22,103 nt of DNA from an uncultured virus (IMG/VR IMGVR_UViG_2911013136_000002). Lineage: Duplodnaviria > Heunggongvirae > Uroviricota > Caudoviricetes. The stretch is from IMG/VR virus record IMGVR_UViG_2911013136_000002; one strand, 5' to 3'. Of this stretch, positions 8,216 through 17,789 are shown piece by piece. The notes under the pieces were generated by a model, which saw only the letters and a list, made by a program, of their open reading frames with translations, had not been told where the DNA came from and made no database searches. The position numbers and the translations under genes are program-made. The first letter of the stretch is position 1. Each line of letters begins with the position of its first letter.

Positions 8216-8630
8216 ATTGGATTATAAGGCGATCGAACATTTAGAAATGAAAATGGCGAAGCTTCCAGACAAAATGGAAAGTGCCACAAATGATGTTCTG
8301 CATACCGACGGTATCAGAATAGCCACAGAAGAAATTACGAAGCTCATCCCTGTTTCGACAAGAAAGGGAAAAATCAGAAACAAGAAACACGCGAAACACA
8401 GCAACTGGAGCAAAAGTGAAAAGATTAATCTCGGTTTTGTGATTAAAGCAAGAGGCGGAGCTGCCAACAAAAAAGGCAGCTTTGGTTATCTTGTTTTTCC
8501 AAACGAAGGGCGGGGGGCACATAACCCGGTTGAACAACGTTTCATGGAACGCGGTTTGGAGGCTGCAACTCCGAAGATACTAGCTAAATTGCATGAAAAA
8601 ATTGATCAAATTCTAGAGGAGGAATCATAA
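8199..8630 (+). CDS. HK97 gp10-like neck protein
   Basis: Basic protein; P.S.....HAK, YL.FPNEGRG, QRFMERGL motifs; immediately before the major tail protein. Confidence 0.7.
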   Translation: MSVKFELDYKAIEHLEMKMAKLPDKMESATNDVLHTDGIRIATEEITKLIPVSTRKGKIRNKKHAKHSNWSKSEKINLGFVIKARGGAANKKGSFGYLVFPNEGRGAHNPVEQRFMERGLEAATPKILAKLHEKIDQILEEES

Positions 8631-9214
8631 TGCCTACTGTTATTCAGGAATTTGATGCCGTATCGATTAAAAATGCAAGTGTTCAGTTCATTGATAACGG
8701 GACACAGCAGCCAGGCACAAAATTTGGTTGCGTTGGGACGATTGAGGGAGAGACAGAAGGTATTGAGATTGTGAAAAGATGTGAAGGTGTTGAAGTTAAG
8801 CGGAAATTCAAGCCAAATAAAATGAATCTGACTGTGAACGCACATATCCCTGTCCAAGTAGCTCGCGATTTCTTTGGATTGAAAACAGACGGATTAAAAC
8901 CGGGTGTTTGGGCATATGGCGAGCTTTCACAAGGAAAACAGTTTGTTCTCACAGCAGATGTGATTGATGAGTTTGAAGATGTTGTGAAGCTCATTGCTTT
9001 CCCGAATTGCTCAAATAACACTGGATTTAAAATTTCAATTGAAAACGGCGCAGATGAAGTAGCTATGCTTGAATTACAATTTACTGCATTGAAGGACAGT
9101 TTAGGGAATTTATATTATGAGTCATTCGTGGACGAACTAGAAGATCCTACCGTCGCCAATCAATGGCATACGCAATTTACACCTGAATTAGTTAAAGCTG
9201 TTCCGACACCATAA
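8630..9214 (+). CDS. Major tail (tube) protein
   Basis: 194 aa, beta-rich; ENGADEVA motif; strong RBS GGAGG; followed by a terminator and the chaperone gene. Confidence 0.85.
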   Translation: MPTVIQEFDAVSIKNASVQFIDNGTQQPGTKFGCVGTIEGETEGIEIVKRCEGVEVKRKFKPNKMNLTVNAHIPVQVARDFFGLKTDGLKPGVWAYGELSQGKQFVLTADVIDEFEDVVKLIAFPNCSNNTGFKISIENGADEVAMLELQFTALKDSLGNLYYESFVDELEDPTVANQWHTQFTPELVKAVPTP

Positions 9215-9249
9215 GCCCCTGATTTCTATTTAGGGGGCTTTTTATTTTT
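9213..9249 (+). terminator. Intrinsic terminator after major tail gene
   Basis: AAGCCCCT...GGGGGCTT hairpin followed by TTTATTTTT. Confidence 0.7.
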
Positions 9250-9275
9250 GAAATCAAGAAAGTGAGGGGAATCAA

Positions 9276-9752
9276 ATGAAGGTGAGAAAAGTTACGCTCA
9301 AAGACGTTGAGGTAAGAGAAGTTAATGGTGAGTTTGAAACAGTATTCGTTAACGAAAAAACGTATCCTGTCTTTTTGACAAACTATGCACTCAAAAAAGG
9401 TAAGGAAATGGGGTTAATTGAGAGTTCACTATTTACTAGCCTTTTGAAGATGCAGGGACTTGAAGCGCTGACAAGAGGTAATGATTTAGATCCTTCTATT
9501 TTTGATCAAATTGACGAAACCAAAATGCAACAGGTTATCTATTTGGCATTCATCGGCGCAAACAAAAATACCGATCTTTCTTTCGATGAGTTTTTGCAGA
9601 AATATCATGAACCAATCGACGTCACAATGGAACTGTACATGGATCTCATTGTCGACCTGATGTCAACGGATCCAAACCAATTTGCGAAAGCTCTTCAACA
9701 AAGCACAAATAAAAGCTTAAAAAACGGAAAAAAGTCAAACCGCCGACGCTAA
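9276..9752 (+). CDS. Tail assembly chaperone (lambda gpG analogue)
   Basis: Between the major tail and tape measure genes; slippery sites at the 3' end. Confidence 0.85.
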   Translation: MKVRKVTLKDVEVREVNGEFETVFVNEKTYPVFLTNYALKKGKEMGLIESSLFTSLLKMQGLEALTRGNDLDPSIFDQIDETKMQQVIYLAFIGANKNTDLSFDEFLQKYHEPIDVTMELYMDLIVDLMSTDPNQFAKALQQSTNKSLKNGKKSNRRR

Positions 9753-9907
9753 AAATTGAGTGTGTGGAGGATTTGTACGTTTTGTATTGTCTTGGAGCAG
9801 GAATCGACTCGGAAACTTTTTGGCATGAGCCGATTGCGAGTGTTGAGCGCATATATCAAGGAGCGCTTGCATTTGAGGGATGGCGGAACAATCCAAAAGA
9901 AGCTTAG
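9719..9907 (+). CDS. -1 frameshift extension of tail chaperone (gpGT analogue): ...KKVKPPTLKIECVEDLYVLYCLGAGIDSETFWHEPIASVERIYQGALAFEGWRNNPKEA*
   Basis: In-frame heptamers A AAA AAC (9719-9725) and A AAA AAG (9728-9734); the -1 frame is open to TAG 9905-9907, just before the tape measure RBS. Confidence 0.85.
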   Translation, partial: KKRKKVKPPTLKIECVEDLYVLYCLGAGIDSETFWHEPIASVERIYQGALAFEGWRNNPKEA

Positions 9908-9924
9908 GAGGTAGGTGAGAAAGC

Positions 9925-12900
9925 ATGGCTAAAGATTCAGAAGCGAAAGTCACGTTTAGGGTCTTTAATCAGGAATTCAATAAAGCAATTCAAGAGATGA
10001 AAAATGAGAGTGCCAAACTCCGCAAAGAGTTCCAGCTTCAAGAGGAACAGTTAAAACAAAATGGCACTGAATCTGATCGCTTGACTGCAAAATTAGATTA
10101 TTTGAAAAAAGCATATGAGAATGCCAAACAACAAGTTCAAGCTACAGAACAGCAACTAGCCAAAGTAAAAGCTACTTTCGGTGAAAATTCACAAGAAGCT
10201 AATAAAATGGCTAAGAGCTTGCTGGATGCACAAATAGCTGAACAAAGACTGGCTAATCAAATCAATGCAACTGAAAAAGAGCTTTCTCGCCTATCTCAGC
10301 AAACTAGTTCGACAGCGCAAGAACTCAATAAGTTGAAGCAAGAAGAACAACAACTTTCTGCACAATTGTCCAAAACTGCTGCAGAATTTGATTTACAAAA
10401 AGCGAAGTTAGGCGCCAATGCTAGCGAAACAGATAAATTGAAATTAAAGTTATCTCAACTAAAAACTGAACATCAGTTAGCTGCAAAACAAGTTCAAAAC
10501 GTTGAACGACAGCTAGAATTGGCAAAACAAGCATATGGTCAAAACTCTGCTGAAGTACAGCAGCTTGAAATTAAACTTTTGAAGCTAAAAACGGCAGAAC
10601 AAAAACTGGCGAATGAAATTTCCCAAACAAAAGCAGCCCTCAGCCAGCAAACAGCCGAAATGCAAAAAGCTGCTTCAAAAGTTGATCAAGTAGCAAAGTC
10701 TTTTGAAAATGCTGGGAACAAAATGAGCGATGCAGGGAAGGCTTTAACAGCAACCGTTATGCCTGCAATGGCGGGGATTGGCGCCATTTCTGTGAAATCT
10801 GCAACCGACATCGATGGAGCTACAAGGCAGCTTATTGCAGCTTTAGGGGCAACAGGTGATGAAGCAAAACAACTAAAAGCAGACATGATGGCTGTTTGGA
10901 AAAGTGGATATGCAGAAAGCGCCGATGAAGTGGCAAGGGCAATGGGGCGCGTCAAACAAAATATGCGTGATATCGGCTCCGGGCGAGAACTGCAAGAGGC
11001 TACAAAAAATGCGCTTAATTTAGCAAAAGTATTCGAGGCAGATGTCAATGAGGTTACTCGTGGCGCTAATCAATTAATGATCAATTTTGGGATGAGCGCG
11101 GATGAAGCGTTTGGTTTGCTGGCAAAAGGCGCACAAAACGGTCTGAACTTCTCTAACGAGTTATTTGACAATGTATCAGAATATGCTCCACTGTTCAAAC
11201 AAATGGGATTCAGTGCCGAAGAATATTTCAGTATTCTCATCAACGGTACTAAAAACGGGGCGTATAACCTTGACTATATCAACGATGCAATGAAAGAGTT
11301 CCAGATCCGTATCAAAGACGGGTCTAAAACAACTTCCGATGCGATGGCTCAATTGAGCTCACACACTCAAAAAGTATGGGAAGATTTCCTGGCCGGGAAA
11401 GCGACTGTTGCTGATGTGTTCAATGCCGTTATTCCTGAACTAGAAAAGATGGATGACCAAGTTAAGGCTAACCAGATCGGCGTGGCTCTTTTCGGGACTA
11501 AATGGGAAGACCTTGAAGCAGATGTAATGTATTCACTCGATAATCAGACGGATGCTTTAAGAGGTTATGAAAGTGCCATCTCAGAGCTTGGAGATACAAT
11601 GGAGCAGTCGCTTAGCCAAAAGGCACAAGCGACATTCAGAAAATTGCAATCCACTTTGGCGCCGTTTGGTTCAAGGGTACTGGACATATTAAATGGCACC
11701 ATCCCTTATATCGAAAGGTTAGTCAATAAATTTAATGGCTTGCATCCAGTTATTCAAAACCTAATTGTAATTTTAGGTTTAGTAGGAGTAGCTATCGGAC
11801 CATTAATCGCAATGGTCGGACAATTTGCGCTAGGTTTAGGAATACTAACCAAACGAATAACATTGACTTGGGAAAGTTCAACGAAAGCTGGCACAGCCAC
11901 GAATGTTTATGCGGCTTCACTTTCGAGGTTAGGGATAGCGGCAACTATCGCCAACTCTCGTGTAGGAATATTAGGGAAAACATTTGGATTACTTTTAGGA
12001 CCGTTCAGACTGCTTGGAACGCTGTTTATGATGTTTTTGCCGCATCTCATCATGTTTATTGCTCAAAACGAGAAGGCAAGAGAAGTCATTTCGAATGCTT
12101 GGAACTCAATTGTCCAAGCTGTACAGCCTGTTTTAGCGCAAATTATGAATGCTTTTCAACAACTCCAGCCTGTTTTTCAACAAATAGGCTCCTCACTAGG
12201 GGCAGTATTTGCTTCACTAGTCAAGACTGTGACAGGTCTATTAAGCTCTATTGGTCCATCATTATCAAGTTTAGCATCTAGTTTAGGAGCCGTTTTTACA
12301 TCCATCGTTCAAGCTGGAGGAAGTTTGTTAACGACACTGACGCCAGTTTTCCAAGGTATCTTATCGTTAGTAAGTAATGTCTTGGTGGCCTTGCAGCCAG
12401 TTTTCGATCAGTTCTCTATGATGTTTGCGGAATTAGCGCCGCAATTTCAACAAACTGAGGTTGTTTTAGCTCAAGGCTTTCAGCAGTTGGCACCTACATT
12501 TGCTCAGCTTGGTCAAGCGTTGATGGAACTTGGATTGACAATAGGTCAAGTATTTGGCCAACTCGCCCAAAGTATTACACCAATCTTTGCACAGTTACTG
12601 CCACAATTGGCTAATACTTTTGCATCTATAATGCCGGTTATCTTGCAAATCGTTATGTCCGTAATACCGGTCATCACACAGCTGATTCAAGCAATTATCT
12701 CTGTTGTTTTACAAATCGTATCTAGCGTTTTACCAACGCTACTTCAAGTGGTACAAGCTGTATTCCCTGTTATTTTGCAAGTCATACAGCAGGTCATCCC
12801 GATTGTTTTGCAAGTATTGCTGTCAATTGTTCCGGTTATTTTACAAATTGCTAAAGCGGTTATCCCGTTGATTTTACAAGCCGTTCAAACGGTCTTTCCG

Positions 12901-13923
12901 GTGATCTTGCAGATCATCCAGGCGGTTATCCCAATTGTTATTACAGTTCTAAAGTTAGCGGCTACCTTTATAAGAACGGTCTTAGTTCCAGCTATTCAAT
13001 TCATCCTAAAAATAGTTCAAATTGTTTTTCCGGCGATTCTAAAAATCATCCAAAACGCCATTCAAATCATTACGAATATCATCAAGCTGTTTACATCTGT
13101 TCTGAAAGGTGACTGGAGCGGTGTTTGGAATGCAATAAAAAATATCACATCATCGGTTTGGAATACGATCAAAACAATCATTTCAGCAGCAATTAATGTT
13201 GTTAAAACGATCATTCAAAGCGTATGGAACACCATTAAAAGCGTCACGTCCTCCGTTTGGAATGGTATAAAATCAGTCATTTCAAACGTTTGGAATGGAA
13301 TCAAATCAATAGTATCTAATGTCGTCAATGGAGTCCGTTCCACGATTTCAAATGTTTTCAACAGCATTAAATCAACGGCAACCACTGTTTGGAACGGGAT
13401 TAAAAGTGCGATGATAAAACCTGTTGAAACGGCGCGAGATGCGATTAAAACAGCGATCGATAAAATAAAAGGATTTTTCAGTGGATTGAAACTAAAAATA
13501 CCGAAAATCCAGTTGCCGAAATTACCGAGATTCAGCATCGAAGGGAAGTTTAGCTTAACACCACCGTCTGTACCGAAGATAAAAGTAAGCTGGAACGCAA
13601 AAGGCGGTATTTTCAAGGAACCAACGATCTTTAACACAGCAAATGCAGGACTACAAGGAGTCGGAGAAGCTGGACCAGAAGCGATCATGCCGTTGACCGA
13701 TAGGGTTCTCGGAAAAATCGGCGCGATGATTGCCGCAACAAGTGAGTACCGAAAAAGTTTAGGTGAAACACTTGCCAACAGTCTCGTTGGGAAACAAGAA
13801 ATTCACATAACAGTCGTTACTGAATTAGATGGGTACGAGATTGCAAGAAATCAATTTCCATATATCAACCAGATGATGGGGAATGCTACAACAAGTAATT
13901 TAATTTTTAGAGGTGTCAAGTGA
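9925..13923 (+). CDS. Tape measure protein (TP901-like core)
   Basis: 1332 aa; coiled-coil N-terminus, ALFGTKWEDL core, hydrophobic middle, 11-aa Pro and Trp repeats, C-terminal GGIF..PT.F......GEAGPEAIMPL. Confidence 0.95.
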   Translation: MAKDSEAKVTFRVFNQEFNKAIQEMKNESAKLRKEFQLQEEQLKQNGTESDRLTAKLDYLKKAYENAKQQVQATEQQLAKVKATFGENSQEANKMAKSLLDAQIAEQRLANQINATEKELSRLSQQTSSTAQELNKLKQEEQQLSAQLSKTAAEFDLQKAKLGANASETDKLKLKLSQLKTEHQLAAKQVQNVERQLELAKQAYGQNSAEVQQLEIKLLKLKTAEQKLANEISQTKAALSQQTAEMQKAASKVDQVAKSFENAGNKMSDAGKALTATVMPAMAGIGAISVKSATDIDGATRQLIAALGATGDEAKQLKADMMAVWKSGYAESADEVARAMGRVKQNMRDIGSGRELQEATKNALNLAKVFEADVNEVTRGANQLMINFGMSADEAFGLLAKGAQNGLNFSNELFDNVSEYAPLFKQMGFSAEEYFSILINGTKNGAYNLDYINDAMKEFQIRIKDGSKTTSDAMAQLSSHTQKVWEDFLAGKATVADVFNAVIPELEKMDDQVKANQIGVALFGTKWEDLEADVMYSLDNQTDALRGYESAISELGDTMEQSLSQKAQATFRKLQSTLAPFGSRVLDILNGTIPYIERLVNKFNGLHPVIQNLIVILGLVGVAIGPLIAMVGQFALGLGILTKRITLTWESSTKAGTATNVYAASLSRLGIAATIANSRVGILGKTFGLLLGPFRLLGTLFMMFLPHLIMFIAQNEKAREVISNAWNSIVQAVQPVLAQIMNAFQQLQPVFQQIGSSLGAVFASLVKTVTGLLSSIGPSLSSLASSLGAVFTSIVQAGGSLLTTLTPVFQGILSLVSNVLVALQPVFDQFSMMFAELAPQFQQTEVVLAQGFQQLAPTFAQLGQALMELGLTIGQVFGQLAQSITPIFAQLLPQLANTFASIMPVILQIVMSVIPVITQLIQAIISVVLQIVSSVLPTLLQVVQAVFPVILQVIQQVIPIVLQVLLSIVPVILQIAKAVIPLILQAVQTVFPVILQIIQAVIPIVITVLKLAATFIRTVLVPAIQFILKIVQIVFPAILKIIQNAIQIITNIIKLFTSVLKGDWSGVWNAIKNITSSVWNTIKTIISAAINVVKTIIQSVWNTIKSVTSSVWNGIKSVISNVWNGIKSIVSNVVNGVRSTISNVFNSIKSTATTVWNGIKSAMIKPVETARDAIKTAIDKIKGFFSGLKLKIPKIQLPKLPRFSIEGKFSLTPPSVPKIKVSWNAKGGIFKEPTIFNTANAGLQGVGEAGPEAIMPLTDRVLGKIGAMIAATSEYRKSLGETLANSLVGKQEIHITVVTELDGYEIARNQFPYINQMMGNATTSNLIFRGVK
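12600..13410 (+). repeat. Degenerate 11-codon repeats in tape measure gene (P-V-I-L-Q-I-x-Q-A-V-x, then S-S-V-W-N-x-I-K-S-x-x); boundaries approximate
   Basis: Periodic Pro and then Trp every 11 or 22 residues in the translation. Confidence 0.8.
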
Positions 13924-14756
13924 TGGATAAGAGCGTCTTTAATTTCAAGATTCTATATAAAGACGGTTCGATTATCGATCTACACGAAAAAAATTTATGG
14001 GTCAGCTCTTTCCGCATTCTTTCCCCTTCTCCTGAACATATCACAGAAACAGTAGAAGGGAGACACGGGTCTGTCCTTCTTGAAACCACATTAAAAGAAA
14101 GAGTAGTTAAAACGACAATCATGGTCGAAGCAATGGATTACACTGATTTTGATTTATTCCGGGATGAATTGTTTCGGATTTTTAACCCTCTAGAGGAATT
14201 GTATATTATACGTGATTTACAACCAGGCAAAAGAATGAAAGTCAAGGTAGCAAACGACTTTGATATAGATTATTTAACATTAGAAGATGGAGAGTTTAAT
14301 GTTGATTTTGTCATTCATTCCGTCTTTTTAGAATCGGTAGGAACAACCCTCGACCCGTTCACTTTCGACAGTGAATTGTGGCAAATCGGGCAGGGATTGA
14401 TTGAATCGAATGATTTGAAATATACGCACACAACAACATCATTCCGTATTTACAACGCTGGTGATATTGACATTGACCCGCGTGTGTTGCCGTTAAAAAT
14501 TGAATTCACAGGAGCGTCTGCGAATCTGACGATTACAAACGCGACAACAGGTGATACATGGCAATACACGGGAACGACGCAAGCAGGGGACACAATCACC
14601 CTTGACGGCGTGCGGTCGCTGAAAAACGGGGCGAGCATTTTCGGAAACACGAACCGAAAACTAATCACATTGAAATCAGGATGGAACGACTTCACCATAA
14701 CGGGAGCAACGGGGCCTTTCGAAATCTCGTTTGACTTCCGTTTTTATTATTTATAA
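13920..14756 (+). CDS. Distal tail protein (Dit)
   Basis: Overlaps the tape measure stop; VEGRHG, IYNAGD..IDP, ITL..GWNDF.I and FRFYYL motifs. Confidence 0.85.
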   Translation: MMDKSVFNFKILYKDGSIIDLHEKNLWVSSFRILSPSPEHITETVEGRHGSVLLETTLKERVVKTTIMVEAMDYTDFDLFRDELFRIFNPLEELYIIRDLQPGKRMKVKVANDFDIDYLTLEDGEFNVDFVIHSVFLESVGTTLDPFTFDSELWQIGQGLIESNDLKYTHTTTSFRIYNAGDIDIDPRVLPLKIEFTGASANLTITNATTGDTWQYTGTTQAGDTITLDGVRSLKNGASIFGNTNRKLITLKSGWNDFTITGATGPFEISFDFRFYYL

Positions 14757-14774
14757 CAAGGACGGTGATGCAGC

Positions 14775-17750
14775 ATGTTGATGAGATATCCGTACCGTGA
14801 TATTGGCGACTCGTTCGATCGAAACTTTAGAAACGACCTCAACGCAAACTTTGACGACATCGAGCATGATATACGAATGATCGGCGGAGAAGCGGCACAA
14901 CAAGCACTTGAAGCCGCAGAGGAAGCAAACACACAAGCGATTTATGCGCAGACTAGCGGGGATTATGCACAAGATAAAGGCGATTATGCGGCGCAACAAG
15001 GGGATTATGCGCAAACACAAGGAAATTTTGCGAATGAAAAAGGATTGTATGCACAGCAACAAGGCGACTACGCTAAATCCGTTGCCGACCAAAACAAAAC
15101 TGTATGGAAAACTCCTGTAGCAACGTATTCGGCAATTGCAACAACCTACCCTTCCCCACAACTCGGATGGACAGTAATGACACTAGATGACGGAAAAATC
15201 TATCGCTATGACGGTAGCACATGGCAATTTACACAACAATATAACAGCATGGCTCTTAATAATCTTGCAAACGAACTCTCAAAACAAAATAAACAATCTA
15301 CTGTCATTGGTCATGGGCTCAATGTTATCAACTCATCACAAAATAGTCCATTAGACATCCGAATCGAAGGTCGTACACTTGTTAACGTATCACAAAACAT
15401 TCTTGATTCAACAAAATATTATGTCCTTTCAGATAAAAAATCGAAAGTTAAATTCAGTGATGGTACGATTTATTCTGGTGTAGCAAAGTTTCAAGGCAAA
15501 GACGAGAAACCGATTTTGATTCGTGTATCGAATTTTGAAGGGAAAGTCGTAGGAAGTACAGTGGAGAACCCACATGTGGCTAAGCGTGTAGGAGTTGCAT
15601 CTACGCTTCAAACTCCTACGGGAACATGGGCAGAGTTTTTACAATCAGATTACAACATTATCGCAAAGAAAGATGGTATAGTAGGATATCAACAAACAAG
15701 TTCAGGAGTTAGTGGTTTAATAGCTCAACACCTTTTCTCCTTCAACCTTATTGAAGCCATCGAACGAAACGTAGGAAAAATTCCTGCTTCCGATACGGCA
15801 GGGAAAGTAATGTGGTTAAAACAAAATCTTACTAGAGTTTCTTGTTCTTGGTACGGTTACGGTAGTAGTCCATCAGGTAACAAGGCCACTTTAGATTTTT
15901 GGGACGTTACTTTGAATAATTGGAGCGGGCAATATGCAGTTAGTCATACACTTTCGCAGATAGGGTTATTATCTAGACCAATTGGAAGCCTGACTGACAG
16001 AATTGATAATAATGGTTTTGTACATTTCATTGCTTACGCCGAACCATCGAATAGTACAACGCCAAGCGTAATTTATACTGACTATGTTGAACTCGAAATT
16101 GAACTTAAATCAGACACTCAGCTTTTGAATCCACGATTCCCATTATATGAAGTTGATTCGACAGAGTATGCAAATATCCTTACAACGTGGGATGAAAATG
16201 AAGTTATGCGTCGTTATCCGATGGTGGAAAGCGTTCAACACGTTCAAAATCCGTATGTGATTGCGGAAGGCGAGAACTTGTTGCCACCATTTAGTGAGTG
16301 GACAAAACATGCTAGTCTTGTTGAGAAAGTATCAAATCCATATGAAATCACATATGAAATCAGTACCGTGACTGCTCAAGCATTACAAATCACTGTGAAC
16401 GTAATAAAGGGACAACAATACACATTTAGTTGGGAAAAAGACAAAACACAACAAGCCATAGTTATGGATGCTCGCACAGGCAGCTTTCTCAACGCTTACA
16501 CAGGTGCAAACAGTTTTTCTTTTACGGCTACATCTGACTTGATAACTATTATTATACGATCTGGCGATAGCGCGGCGACTTTATCGAACCCTTATACCAT
16601 TAAAAACCCGATGCTCACAGTTGGAAACCAAGCCAAACCATTCGTACCACGCAATCCATCATATTTGTTTGCTGAAGTGAAACTCGGTGCATTATCCGAT
16701 AAAAAAGATATTTTATGGAAAGAAGGACAGGATTGGAAGGTTACGAAATGGATTGAGAAGGATTTGGTGTTAGATGGCAATTTAGCGTGGGGCGGTGGAG
16801 TTAAATTACCTGGCTTCAAGTCTGTTTATACTACCACCTATGCGCCTCCTTCCGGATATGGAAGTACAAAAACAGTCCAAGTCATTAAATACGATGGAAA
16901 ACCTTTGAGAAATAGTCCAACTATCGGAACATCTAATATGGTTGCACCAGATGATGCATACTCCAGTGGCTCCGCCGTTGTCTTATCTATTTCCAACGTC
17001 GATTCTGGTTGGGGTGAAAACTACACACCAAACCTTGCTGAGATGAGAGCGTATTTTTGGGGATGGCGCATGTGCAACGGCACATATGGAGTTCCGTATG
17101 ATGGCACAGGTACAAAAACATGGTATCCAATCGGTGATAGCGATTTAAGCCGTGCGGTAACGACCGTACCAGCTGAACCAGCGCCAACGATTTCAGAAGG
17201 GAAAATCTCGTATTACAAGCTATCATATGTACGCTCAACACCTGTGACAGAAATTGTAACAGATAAAGTAGAAGGCGATCTAGTTGTGAATGGTGTTACG
17301 CAGGTACAAGTCGGGACAGGTGTGATTGTACGGGAGAAGGTAACGCCTATACTATATAGTGGAAAATATAACATTAACGTAGAAAATGTAAGTGGAAACT
17401 ATTTAAAAAATAGAGCTACAAAAATCATTAACATATTCAAAAACGGTATTGTGGATAAAAAATGGACAATAGGAAGTTACTTTCCTGAACGTATTACAAG
17501 TGGTATTGGATGGGCGCAAATTCCACAAAACGATTACGACCCAACAGCCGAATACACCGTCACCTATCTCGTACTTGACCGTCATCTATTTACAACCAAC
17601 ATCCTTACAGTTACAGCCAACTATGATAGTAGCTTGAAGTCGGTTGTTGACGATGTGGTAGCGAAGCAGAGTGATATTGCGGCACAAGTAAGCGTGAATG
17701 TACGGGCGATTGCGGAGCTATATAAAAGAATCAAAGCGTTAGGCGGATAA
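14775..17750 (+). CDS. Large modular tail fibre / baseplate (BppU-like) protein with probable carbohydrate-binding modules
   Basis: N-terminal heptad repeats, then GRTLVN, GENLLPPFSEW...KNPML..G....PFVP beta-sandwich-like segments and a C-terminal coiled coil; follows Dit. Confidence 0.75.
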   Translation: MLMRYPYRDIGDSFDRNFRNDLNANFDDIEHDIRMIGGEAAQQALEAAEEANTQAIYAQTSGDYAQDKGDYAAQQGDYAQTQGNFANEKGLYAQQQGDYAKSVADQNKTVWKTPVATYSAIATTYPSPQLGWTVMTLDDGKIYRYDGSTWQFTQQYNSMALNNLANELSKQNKQSTVIGHGLNVINSSQNSPLDIRIEGRTLVNVSQNILDSTKYYVLSDKKSKVKFSDGTIYSGVAKFQGKDEKPILIRVSNFEGKVVGSTVENPHVAKRVGVASTLQTPTGTWAEFLQSDYNIIAKKDGIVGYQQTSSGVSGLIAQHLFSFNLIEAIERNVGKIPASDTAGKVMWLKQNLTRVSCSWYGYGSSPSGNKATLDFWDVTLNNWSGQYAVSHTLSQIGLLSRPIGSLTDRIDNNGFVHFIAYAEPSNSTTPSVIYTDYVELEIELKSDTQLLNPRFPLYEVDSTEYANILTTWDENEVMRRYPMVESVQHVQNPYVIAEGENLLPPFSEWTKHASLVEKVSNPYEITYEISTVTAQALQITVNVIKGQQYTFSWEKDKTQQAIVMDARTGSFLNAYTGANSFSFTATSDLITIIIRSGDSAATLSNPYTIKNPMLTVGNQAKPFVPRNPSYLFAEVKLGALSDKKDILWKEGQDWKVTKWIEKDLVLDGNLAWGGGVKLPGFKSVYTTTYAPPSGYGSTKTVQVIKYDGKPLRNSPTIGTSNMVAPDDAYSSGSAVVLSISNVDSGWGENYTPNLAEMRAYFWGWRMCNGTYGVPYDGTGTKTWYPIGDSDLSRAVTTVPAEPAPTISEGKISYYKLSYVRSTPVTEIVTDKVEGDLVVNGVTQVQVGTGVIVREKVTPILYSGKYNINVENVSGNYLKNRATKIINIFKNGIVDKKWTIGSYFPERITSGIGWAQIPQNDYDPTAEYTVTYLVLDRHLFTTNILTVTANYDSSLKSVVDDVVAKQSDIAAQVSVNVRAIAELYKRIKALGG
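14937..15083 (+). repeat. Seven 21-nt (7-aa) tandem repeats: AIYAQTS GDYAQDK GDYAAQQ GDYAQTQ GNFANEK GLYAQQQ GDYAKSV
   Basis: Read from the translation; GG.GATTATGC recurs every 21 nt in several of the units. Confidence 0.9.
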
Positions 17751-17766
17751 TATCCGTCTAACGCTT
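17734..17766. repeat. 16-bp near-perfect inverted repeat spanning the fibre stop codon
   Basis: AAGCGTTAGGCGGATA-A-TATCCGTCTAACGCTT, with one G-U pair. Confidence 0.85.
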
Positions 17767-17789
17767 ATTTCATGAGGAGGTGAAATGGA

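Noticed and set aside
6890..9225. Capsid and major tail genes both end in Pro-Thr-Pro-TAA, recalling +1 frameshift extensions (CCC-TAA type, as in the SPP1 tail gene)
   Set aside because: The last codons are CCA-TAA, not CCC-TAA. The alternative frames I read close within a few codons, and the next gene after the capsid is behind three in-frame stops.
11868..12281. 137-aa alternative-frame ORF inside the tape measure gene
   Set aside because: TTG start without a clear RBS and a Ser/Cys-rich off-frame composition. The main frame is uninterrupted.
14937..15083. 21-nt periodic repeats as a CRISPR-like array
   Set aside because: The repeats are in-frame, degenerate at wobble positions and have no spacers, so they are coding heptads.
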